Positions 52,868 to 64,000 of a stretch of 64,000 nt of DNA are shown one piece after another. Both the position numbers and the translations under genes were made by a program. The DNA is from Cycas panzhihuaensis (lineage: Eukaryota > Plantae > Cycadophyta). The DNA lies in the NCBI GenBank assembly GCA_023213395.1, contig CM041465.1, forward strand, positions 123,015,741-123,079,740, written 5' to 3'. The first letter of the stretch is position 1. Every line of letters starts with the position of its first letter. The notes beneath the pieces were generated by a model, which was not told the origin of the DNA, searched no databases, and saw nothing but the letters and a program-made list of their open reading frames with translations.

Positions 52868-54659
52868 TTTTTAGAAAACTTTAGTACATAAAAGAAATAT
52901 GCTTTTACTAAGTCAAAAACTAAGTAAATCAACAAATATGATAAACTTATAAGATATAATTTCAGATAAACTTTGAAATATAATGAATATATGAGTAAAT
53001 TTTAAATGTAAGGAAGATCCTCTTAATTAGGTCTGAATTGAAACTTTGATGATAAAAAATAAAAGAATTCTCAACCTTTTGAATTTTCAAATGTAGGTAT
53101 ATGTCAAATTCTCAAGTTTAGTAGCTTCAAAGCTATACTAAACGATGTTAGAATAAATTAAAACTTTACCAAATTAAATATTAACGAAAGAACTATTTAA
53201 TGTAGCTGGTTGTTTTGAGAACGAGCTCATACAAGTTAATGTTTTGATGAACTAAAGGTACAATCCTTTTTTTAAGGCCTAACCAGAGCCTGAGACCCAA
53301 AATGTTATAAAAATACTAATAAAAAATTATAAAACAATGTGAAATAATCAAATATGGTTTATAGAGCTGGTCAATAGACTTTTCAATTGAAAATTTGAGA
53401 AATAATATATACAAAAGGTGTAACAATGATAGACTAGAGGCTATTAAGTACCTCTACTTTAATGGTTTTAAAATTTGGTAAAAACACTTTAAAACTTATA
53501 AAAAAAAATAGTGTTAATTCAAAGAAGAGGGAGTCATCTTCCCAACGAAATTGACAGATTTGAATTCTGATATAAAATAGAAAAGTTATAATGAAAATAG
53601 AAACAAGTCCTTTTAGATGAAAATGTACTAAAAACACTAAAGTGTCACTTTGGTTGATTAAAATAAATTCTAAAAAATTAGATAAATAGATGGTAATGAA
53701 GTTTATTAAAAATAGATTACTACAGAATAGATTCAGGTAGAAAATAATCACCTGGTGAGAAAATATAATTTGACAAAAAAATATTTTTATGAAAAAGTTT
53801 AAAATGGCTTAAAAAATAAATGACTGACTTTAAACTGACTAAAAATAGGTCAAATCAGCTCCAAATTGGTCATATGACCAGTCAAAATCACACTACAGAA
53901 AATTTTTGACGCAATGGGATAGGTTTCGTCAGAAAATAATGACCTAGTGAGAAGTTATGATAAAACGTTACCAGTTACCCTATGTAAAATTTAAAAATAA
54001 AAAAAATAAAAAGAAAAAATATTATAAAGTTATAAGCCCCCTTTTAAATAAGCTAAAGGTCACTTGAAAATAGTCATATGACCAAGAACTAATGTCTTGA
54101 AGGGGCTAGGGTTTTAAAATATGGATTTAAAACCATATAAAACTTAATTTAATATTTTTAAAACTTTATAAAAAAATAAAAAATAAAAAAATAAAATTTT
54201 GAATTAAAAAGGGGTGTCGTGGGCACTACACCATCACCCTGCACGTGGACTCTGTGCAGATGCCATTGCTGGAGATTGCCGCAATGAAGAGCAGAGATCG
54301 ATAGTGGGATTTGTTGAGGGAGACGTCAGTTTCAACTTGGGAGCATTATAACGATAACAATGGAGTGCCAAAAGAGAGGTTGTCCTTGTAACTTTTCTCC
54401 CTAAAGAGTGTGGGTCTTTCAAGTAATTATGTTATGTGGTTAGGCTAATGAATATCATAGAATTCAAATATTGATATAATGGTGACAAAGAAGAAGCACT
54501 TGTTTTATATAGTGTTGGTGTTCATAAGGATGTGGAACTCAGAGCAATGAAGGATTTCCTTGAATTCGTTAGTCTGAGGACTCTTGATCTTACGAACAAT
54601 GATTTGGCTAAAGATCATCTACGACACCTTATAGGGGGGTGTTCAAATATGAAGAATAA

Positions 54660-54800
54660 ATTTCTTTACAGATTTGTCTTTCTTGAGAGACTAGGTACAT
54701 TGATGAAGGAGAAATGGCAGTGGAGATGACCATTAAGGAAAACCCGGTTGACATTCTCACAAAGAACAAAATTCAAATTATGTATCAAAGGGTTGGATCA
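54660..54800 (+). pseudogene. Short Copia RNase H C-terminal fragment, antisense to its host element
   Basis: IDEGEMAVEMTIKENPVDILTK followed by KFKLCIKGL in a shifted frame. Confidence 0.6.
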
Positions 54801-56399
54801 AAGGAAAATCTTATAGTAAAACAGAGTTTAAAGATTATGCTAATGAAGAAAATGATCATACAATCAATGTTGAGTTGGTACCATTTTCCAAGGGCATGGT
54901 CAATGGTACGAAGAAGTCCATTGGTAACATTCGCAGGCGACCTCCTTATGCGACCAGCAACAATAAAGATTTTGGCACTCAGAAACCCACTAAAGTTGCT
55001 TTTAACAAGTTACACAATTTGGAAGGCAAAGCAAATAAAAAAGGTAGATCATCACCAAAACCCTTGAGTGGAGATCAATGTAAAAAGAAATGCAACAAAT
55101 AATTAGGTTTGGGATGGTTCATCTCAACATTTAAACCTAGAGTTTAAGGATCCAGTAGATGAGAGAGGAATGGAAAACATGGCTGTGTCTATCGGGGTAA
55201 AATGAAGGGAAGGATACACTATATTTTTTTGCTCTTTTTTATTTGATGCAGTGCAGAGGAATACAAAGTGACCCAGGGAAAGTTGGCTTTGTAGAACAAA
55301 ATGGTAGCCCTTTTATTAGGGATAATGATAGTATACAGTCTGATATAAGTTATATTCTTTTTGTATGCATGCCCTTATATTTTCTTCATCAAAAAATTAT
55401 TTTATTTTCAGTCTCTCCAAGGTATGTTTTTGATGAGGTTGATAATGCAAATACAATTAGTTAAAACTGCCTTCGATGCACAGAGTTCAATCTTTGAAGA
55501 ATAATTTTTAATAAATATAGACAAAGATGGATTGTCCAAATGGTTTCACATTTACCTCTTGTTATTGCTCTTCTTACTTCTTCTATTAATAATAAGGCCC
55601 TATAGATGAGGAAAACAGTTTACTGACTTTCTTTAAATAGCTAAATCAGTTTCCTCAAGGTTCTATGGTATGCAGGTTAGCACTCTGGACTTTTGTTTAA
55701 AGAAATGATGTAGTTTATGGACTATTTTTATTTAAAAATAAACAAAAAATATGCTTGTAAAATGACTGAATCAAGAAAAAAAGGAGCACCAAGAAATATA
55801 TTTATGTTTAAATTTGAGTAGAGATGCCCACATGTTTCTTTGTTGATGAGATTTTGTCAAAAAATAAGCACTCTAAGAAATTTTTGGAAGCACCAAATAT
55901 GAAATCTCTATATTACGAAAGATGAAAGCACTTGATTCATGCCTTAATATTGCTTTAAAATAATAGGCGAAGCTTCTTCTTGAGTATGTATTTAGTTAGA
56001 AGCTATGTTAGTAGCTTGGTTACAAATTTCTCTTATTCATGTAGGTAGAATAGTATAGATTTGTAATACAAATATTCAATAAAAGAATATTAAACTGGAT
56101 CTAAGTGAAGTTGAATACAAAAAAAGATCTTCTAACTCCCACAAGTGATATCATCAAATCTTTCAAAGTCATGCAACGAAGCCAAAAAATTGAAAATTTC
56201 AAATATACTAGAGCAAGTATATGAAAGAACCAAGAAACATATATTTGAATTTGAAATATTTCAAATATATTATAGCAGATATGTAAGAAAACCAAAAAAT
56301 ATATATATGTTTAAATCTGAAAAAAATATGAAGAACTTAGTAATGTAACTGTAGTAGACTTGCAACATAAAATAGACTTTCGAAGGTGAGATATTTTTC

Positions 56400-56850
56400 C
56401 ACACAAATCTAAGCTTCAAACATATTTCTCCAGCAGGCATATATGATATAATATATGGCTTGTTGGGCTAAATATACAATAAAACTTGCAGATCTGAAAA
56501 AAGAACTTGAAAAAATGGTCAAATATGTGAGAATATGTAGATATGTAAGAAAACTTGAATAAATATTATAGATTTAAAGTAAATATGGCAGATATGTATC
56601 TAATATTGCAGATCTAAAATAAATCAACAAAAAAATGGTGAAATAATTAATAAAATAAGCAAATCTAAAAAAATATATAACATATCTAAGAAAATATATA
56701 GTAGATCTAAAGAATATATAGCAGATCTGAAGGAAACTTAAGTAAATATTATAGATCTAAGTAAAATAAACCAAAAAACTATAAAATATTTGATAAAAGT
56801 GAGAAGATCTAAAGGATATATAGTAGATTTGAAGAAAACTTTGAATAAAT
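56400..56850. repeat. Degenerate AT-rich tandem repeats with an AGATCT core
   Basis: Recurrent GCAGATCTGAA / TAGATCTAAG units at irregular ~20-60 bp spacing. Confidence 0.6.
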
Positions 56851-59800
56851 ACTACTTGTAGTTTTGCTCCTATATAGATCTCTTGTAGAGTGATAACAAC
56901 TTGATATTTATTGTTTGCAACTATACACCTACATAAATATGAAGAAAATCTAAAATATATTTGTTATAGCACAAGTATATCTTTAAGAATAATCAAATCT
57001 CTAATAAAAAAATATAAGAAACTACTGATAAATTTTTTAGAAAATGAATATAACCAATATTTCTTACTTATAAGTAGATCTGCTGTATAATGCCAATAAA
57101 TCTTCCTTCTTTTTAAAAAAACTTCAAATGAAGATACAATAGCCCAGTAATCTCTACTATGATACTAGATGAAGGAGCTAAAACCTGGCTTTGATACCAA
57201 ATGATGAAAAAATAATCATGGAGAACATAAAAGAGATAATCATTGATCAATACATCATTGTTGCATAAATAAAAATCCTTTATATTCAATCCATTTTGAA
57301 GAGAGAGGAATACAAATGTCCACAATGAAGGTGGTGTATAAAGACACTAAGGTTGCACACCCCTCAAAATATATAGTTTAGGGGAGGAGGGAAACTCCTC
57401 AATCCCTAAAATTTAAATAACAACAAAATAATACAAATTTAACTCAAAATAAACTTAACTCAAATTAAATTAAACTTACCTACACATGTTAAGCACCCAC
57501 ATGTGTAAATTGATGTGAACGAGGTGTCCACTCAAATATTTATAGTATAATACCAATCGCTTCACTTAGTGGTGTAAAATATTTCTTAACTATCACATAT
57601 GAGTTTTTTAGGAAAGTTTGGGTCTATCCTATAAAGAAAAAATTCTCATCTTTTGAAAATTTCAAGAAGTTTAAGGTAAAATTATAAAATGAAAGTGGTT
57701 AGAGGTTAAAAATCCTTAAATAAGATAATGGAGAGAATACACCTCTAATACCTTTGTCTAATATTTTAAGGACCATATGATAAAGAAGTAATTAATAACA
57801 ATATATACATCTTAGCAAAATAGAGTTACTAAGAGAATGAATAGGACTTAGTAAAAAACTCCAAGTTAATAATGAAAGTGAGAAATCTCTTTGAGTCTTT
57901 TTAGGCTAAAGGTATTCGCATAGCAGTGTATTTGACCAATAGGGATTTGATGAAGGCTATTTATAATATGATATTAAAAGAAGCCTAGTTAGAGAGAAAG
58001 CAATATATATATGTACATCTTAGAATCCTTAGAAGCAATATATATATGTACATTCCAAAAGAAAAATACAAAAAGAATGATAATAAGAGTTATAAGTGTA
58101 TCATTATCAGATACAGTAAAGAAAGTAAAGCTTATTAAGTATTTGAGTTATAACAGAAAATATATGCATAGCTCATGATGCCATCTTTGAAGAAGTTGAC
58201 AAGTAGAGCATTAACTGAGAAACTTTAAAGATATAATAACATAAAGGAAAGTAGATTGAGAAATAACCTAAATCTAGTTCTTCAAGATAGTAGTTTATTA
58301 AGACTAAGATTTAGCAAAAGATAGGAAATAAGTTGGAAGGTGAGAAGGAGTATTAAGATGCTTAAGAATTATAGCTTGAAGTACAATTTTAGGTTGCTCC
58401 ACCTACTAGGAAACTCTCAGGTGGTATTTAAAAACCATTGCAAAAGTTCAGTTACCCAAGACTAAAGGGAAATAAAAATCGAGGATGAGAACTATTATGA
58501 TCAACTTTGCTTTAATTGCAAATATACTTATTAGTGATAAACATTCGAGTTTTATGGAGGCTTACTAGTAGCAAAAGTAGAGAATAACAATGGATGCTGA
58601 AATCCATCCTTTGACATGGAAAAGACTTAGGACTTAGTTGAATTTACAACAAGCAAGTAGGTGATTAGATATAAATAGGTCTATAAGAATAAATTCAAAT
58701 AAGATGGCTTAGTTTCCAAATGTAAAACTAGATTAGTAGCAAAAATATTTAAGTAGATAGAAGGCATCCACTACGATGAAACATTTTTTCTAGTAGAAAA
58801 TATGGTAATGACCATATTGATACTAGTAATAACAACTTAATTTAAATGATAACTACACCAACTTGATACCAAAAGTGCCTTTTTAAATAGAGATCTTAAG
58901 GAGGAAGTTTATATAGAGTAGTTAATGGATGTGTTGTAAAAAACAAAGAACACCTTATATTTCACTTGAAGAAAACTTTGTATGGATTAAAACAGGCTCT
59001 AAGAAAATGGTATTATAAGATCAATTAATATTTTTTAAATAATAAGTTTGAGAGATTTCTAGTTAAATAAAATATATATATTAAAGATGAAGGTGAATAT
59101 TTCATTATCTTTATGGTTTTATATATGGATAATCTTATGATCACAAGTAATAATGCCTCAAAGGTTGAATACCTAAAGGATGATCTCAAGAGAATATTTA
59201 AGATGATAGCTCTTAGATTATTCCATTACTTTTTGGGAGTAGAAGTTTGGTAGAAGCCTGAAAAAATTATTTTATAAGTTAAGTATATATAGGAGATTAT
59301 GAAGAAATTCAAAATAGAGAACTATAAATGTGCCTCAACCCCCATGGAGCCAGGTTCAAAATTGACAAGTTTAGATGATTGAGATCAAGTAGATGACACT
59401 ATGTAAAGGTAACTAATTGGTAGTTTAATTTATTTGATTACGTCTAAGCCTAATATATCCTTTCTAGTTGATATGGTATTAAAGTTTATTATAGGGTCAA
59501 AGTACATCCATTAGAAATATGCAAAGAGGATCTTTAAATATTTATAGGGAACTTTGTACTATGGTTTAGAGTTCAACCATAATAATAATTTTAAGTTAAA
59601 AGGATATTTGGATATTGGGCTAGATGTGCTAATCGTAGAAGGCCCACTTTAGGTTATTACTTTAATTTAATTTCTATTGTTGTTACTTAGAGGAGTAAGA
59701 ATAAGCCTAATGTTATATTATCTTTCACTAAGGTAGAGTATAAAGATGCAATTATAATAACTTGTAATGCCATATGGTTAAGATAGTTCTTTGGTGATTT

Positions 59801-60437
59801 GAAGCTTCATTAAGATGAGGTAACTACCTTATGCTGTGACAATCATAGTATATTAAAGATTGTTAAGCATCTAGTATTCTATGCTTATACCAAACATATT
59901 GAGGTATAACATAATTTTATTCAAGAAAAGATCTAGAATGGAGAGCAACTAGTAGATATCTTTACCAAATCCTTGTATAAGAATAACTTTGAGAAATTCA
60001 TATTTTGTATTAATGTCAAATCTAATAATATAATCAATAAGGGGGTTGGGGTGGTATTAAATTACTGCTTACATTATTAAGTTATGGGTCTTAGTGGTTA
60101 CTTATTAGAATATTTAGTAAACTGTAAGGCATCACTTAATATGGTGATAAGTGTTAGGGTGGTTATAGGTTATTCATTGATCATTACTAATATTAAGTTA
60201 TCTCTCTTTCTCTATCTTTATGTATATGTGTGTGTGTGTGTGTACATATGAGCTTATACATTATAATATTAAGCATTCTAAATGAATGAAATTTTTTGAA
60301 GGTAGACCAATTTCATCTAATAAATTTATTATGTTTACTTTTTTGAATTAACTCAATTCTAGTGAAATTTACTCACATTTGCAATGACTAATAAATTGAG
60401 TGACAAGATAATTACTTGGAATTAAAGGAAAATATTC

Positions 60438-60821
60438 CATTAAAAATATCAAACATAAGATAATATCATAAAATAGCACAAGATCATTAATAAATATATA
60501 AAAAGATAATTAAATAAATAAATGAAATCATGAGGCACAAATTTATAGTGGAGAACCTAATAAGGGAAAAAAACCTACTCTCTAAATGACATCTCGGTTT
60601 ATTAATGAAATCGAATAAATATTTCTTGATCTCTAATAAGTGCTTACTTAACTTTGATCCTTTTATATCTTACATGCTTAACTTTCTACTTAATATAAAT
60701 ACATGATATCCTTTTATAGAGTTTCCATAACATAATTGAGCAATAGGAGACAACCTCTTAATTAACTAATCACATAAGGTAATATTAAATTACCATATAA
60801 TAGCTTCCAACATCTCCCTCT
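60438..60821 (-). mobile_element. Copia-type 3' LTR plus PPT (left boundary approximate)
   Basis: Ends TTCCAACA|TCTCCCTCT at 60812. A GTGGAGAACCTA motif resembles the GTGGAAAACCTA motif in the 30061 LTR. Confidence 0.6.
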
Positions 60822-61554
60822 AATAATGACTTATGATGAACTAAAAGAAAATGAGAATGAGAATATGTAAAAAGATACCACCATGTGAATCCCTCCTCGA
60901 GGATGACTTTATAATGGAGAATGCATATGAATAGAAGTTTGTAATATCTAAATTTAATAGAATTCTATGTACTTCACATGAATTTGTTGAATCCCATATA
61001 AAGAAACCACAATCTACTAGATGGCAAGGGTAGCCAATTACTGTAACTACTAGTTTGTTATGATGTTCTTTATATACATGGTTCATCAACATTTGAATTA
61101 TGCTTCACCTTCATGACATTCAAAAATAAACTATACTACTTAAAAAGGCACTAAATCCATCTTAATTAGATACAAATAAATACATGCTTAATGAAATATA
61201 CATGAATTAAGGTTTTTAAACAAAAAAAAAAAAAGAATTTTAAAGCACAACCATCTGAATTTAACAACTAATAATTCCCAAATAATAAAGAAGCACATAA
61301 CTAAAAATTCAATCCAAATTCTCCAAGAATCTAAAGTTTAAAATATACTAAAAGCTTGTTAAAAGAGGGTAAATATCAAGATTTGAAGCTTCCAATAATG
61401 AAAATTATAATATACTTCGTAATTATTACCTAAAATAAGTAAGAAAATTGATAATAAATCCAAGGAAAACCAAGCAAGTAAATGAAAGTTGAAATATTGA
61501 TCTTTAATGAAGATTTAATAGGATCATATTAGAAATGATATAAATTTTTACAAT

Positions 61555-62945
61555 GCATAAAGTGGTGCATTTATAAATAAAATATGTATGCCACTTCAAG
61601 AACTCATTACCCTTAATCCTCATGCTAACTACTACTACCACATCATTATTAACCCTCATGCTAATATACTTTATTAAGCCATGTGCATTCTTAAATGTAG
61701 TGCAATCCCATGAGATTCTACTAATAGTAACCATCCCATTGGGCATCTATGCTAATGTAACTATGCTCAAAATGGGTTGTACATCACTCTACTAGCCTAC
61801 AATAAAGACGTAATGGGTCCTTAAGTGCTCACGCACATGCCCATAGTGACTGGTATACACCCATATCAAATGGTAAATTTTCATCCTTCATTCAATATAT
61901 TTTCATTGATTTTCAATAATTTTGGGGGCTTTAAGATGTTGTAGATCCAAATCTAACTTTAAATCTAAGTTTTTAGCCCAAATTTATATAATTTATCTTA
62001 TAGATTTGTAAACAACTTGCCACGATTTGTAGTTGTAAGAAAATTTGCTATGCTTATTTTTTTCTTACTAAGGTTGAATTTGATTTAATTGAATTAGATA
62101 ATTATTTTTTATGTGTCTAATAGACCCCTAAATTTCAACCCATACTTATATGCATTATTTCATATGACCAAACCCCTTAGTGGTAGTGGCTAATTAATTT
62201 TTTCCAACCCTAATTTACTAAAAATCAAACATGTTTGTATTCTTTTAACTGTATCTTCTTGCAAGGATCTCCATTTTCAATTTTGTTAATATTATTAGAA
62301 TATTGGTTTAGACATTATTAAAATGAATGGTCATAAGGTATATTTCATTTTTTATTTAATAGTGAATAGAAGGTCAATTTTGCACTTTGCTAAAAATGGC
62401 GCTTTTTACTCAATTTTGGCTTAATGCTCAAGTCATTAGAATTTGCTCATTGATATTCAATTTCAAAAAATATTTTTTTGATTCCATATATATTTTTCCA
62501 AGCTTTATATGTTTATGTAATTGGATTGTAAACTATATTATGGTCCCCACAACCTAGGGATCATATAACTTGTTATATGTTAAAATAATAGAGTCAGTAG
62601 TGGTTAGTATTAGTGGCATCTCATAGGGTTTCACTATGTTTAACAGTTTACATGGGTTAATAAAGCATAGTAGCATCAAGGTTCATAATGATGTGATGGG
62701 CAGTAGGTAGTATGAGGAATAAGAGTAATGATTTCATGAAGTGGCATGCATATTTTATCTATAAATGTACCACTTTATGAGCACTAACTACTAGTTACCA
62801 CATCACTACTAATCCTCATGATAATATACTTTATTAATCTATATGTACTCTTAAACATAGTATGATCTCATGAGATGCTATTAACACTAACCACCACTAA
62901 CTCTATTATCTTAACCTATACTAAGCTATACCATCCTTGGGTTAT
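61555..62945. repeat. Three-copy inverted/direct repeat cluster (fold-back)
   Basis: 61555-61735 is the reverse complement of ~62600-62782; ~62548-62708 is the reverse complement of ~62786-62945. Confidence 0.85.
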
Positions 62946-63554
62946 ACTAGATATAATAAATAGTTAAAATCACCTATGAATGAGTGCTCAACCCCAAGTA
63001 GAAACACACAACCAACAGAAACACAACCTAATAAAGTGAAATATTAATAACCAACACTTAAATGGTGTACATGTAGTAAGAAAAACTAGAAACCCATAAT
63101 AATAAAAGCTTCAATTAAAGTATCAATCCATTAAGAGAGGGTTTGATAACCATGAATATGCCATGGGGCCAAAATAGAACAAGACAAAGTTGAAATTAAG
63201 GCTTTGAGAAGCCAAAATCTCATAGCAAGCTACTTAAAGTGCCTAACACCAAAAAACAAGCAAGACCTCCTAAAACATGCTACTATACTGAGATAACTAA
63301 AGGTACCCCTTAAATGAGTGAGAAACGAATACAAAATAACTATTAAATAGGACCCAAATGAGCTTAACTTAATTAAACTAGCTTGCAACTATTGACATTA
63401 ATTAAAGGTAACATATAAATAAAAATTAAATAGTCATAAAACTAGTATGAAATAAGCTTAAATAATAACTTAACTAAAGGTACCTTATAAACAATACTAA
63501 ACAAGCATAGAATGAGCTTGGAAAGGACATAAAGATGGCTTAAAATCTTTTAGT

Positions 63555-64000
63555 AACTAATACCATGTTAGAAAATAGGCTTTAAATTTATTGTAAGCAA
63601 ACCACCTATGCACCAAATAAAAACACCCTAAAACTAGAGGAATGATATCTAATATGCATTAACTAGGTATTACATACTAATTGAATACAGGATACTATGT
63701 TTCTCAAGGTCTTCATTTTGACAACAAATCCCATAAGATCATGGGACACTTGTAACTGCCTTTAGAATCGACTAAATCTTTATAGACCTATGAACTAACA
63801 AAAACCACTTAGTATGGGTTAAACAAGGACATATAAGCTTGCTAATAAGACACCTTTTCAAAATATTATCACTCTAAAGTGATCAAGCTTATAATTATGA
63901 GTATCTTCCTTATAATAATAATTGTTGACCTTTTTAAAATTATGGACAAATAATCAAACCTACATGTTCATGAAATAAAAGCTCCACATGCATTAAAACA
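63555..64000 (-). mobile_element. Possible PBS remnant and 5' LTR end of another minus-strand LTR element
   Basis: AACTAATACCA|TGTTAG at 63555-63571 resembles GCTCTGATACCA|TGTT. No partner LTR was identified. Confidence 0.4.

Larger units (their letters stand above)
51766..57533 (-). mobile_element. Non-autonomous Copia-type element inserted in the old Copia's integrase; 5' LTR truncated
   Basis: 3' LTR ~51766-52442 followed by reverse-complement PPT CTCTCCCCCTC. Partial 5' LTR 57202-57533, PBS TGGTATCAAAGC at 57188-57199. Confidence 0.85.
27628..60377 (+). mobile_element. Old, heavily mutated Copia element split by nested insertions
   Basis: 5' LTR 27628-27917 with PBS remnant TAGTATTAGAG at 27920. 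gag 29260-30060; PR and pre-integrase 51017-51765; INT-RT-RH 57534-60050 (KKTLYGLKQA, LYMDNL). PPT AAGGGGGTTGGGG, 3' LTR 60055-60377. Both LTRs share CATTATTAAGTTATGGGTC. TSD degenerate (ATTAC/TTTGC). Confidence 0.8.

Noticed and set aside
54532-54729. LRR/F-box gene
   Set aside because: Only one LRR-like phrase, and it runs into a Copia RNase H scrap; insufficient for a gene call.
60438-64000. One complete element pairing the LTR at 60438-60812 with the sequence starting at 63566
   Set aside because: No visible similarity between the two putative LTRs.

Overview
AT-rich land-plant genomic DNA made almost entirely of nested, decayed retrotransposons. Element types hint at a large-genome non-angiosperm, but the species cannot be called from this window. 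The one recognisable host gene is the 5' end (exons 1-2) of glutathione synthetase (GSH2) on the minus strand at ~17.66-18.25 kb; no later exons were found. Left of it lie a Copia 3' end, a full-length Copia (2150-8098, TSD GAATC) with oddly mismatched LTRs, a Gypsy-like 3' accessory region, a 304-bp miniature LTR element (TSD CAGCC), and an L1 LINE carrying a solo LTR (TSD CCTTT). Right of it lie a chromovirus (19016-24779, TSD AAGAC) and a four-level nest: Tekay-like gag < old Copia (27628-60377) < non-coding Copia-type element (30061-51016) < 18.2-kb Tat element (31407-49606, TSD CATGG). The best candidate for an undescribed system is in the Tat element's 3' region: a head-to-head cassette of an intron-containing antisense PMD-like gene and a stand-alone archaeal-type RNase H. 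All identities quoted are by-eye estimates; no searches were run.
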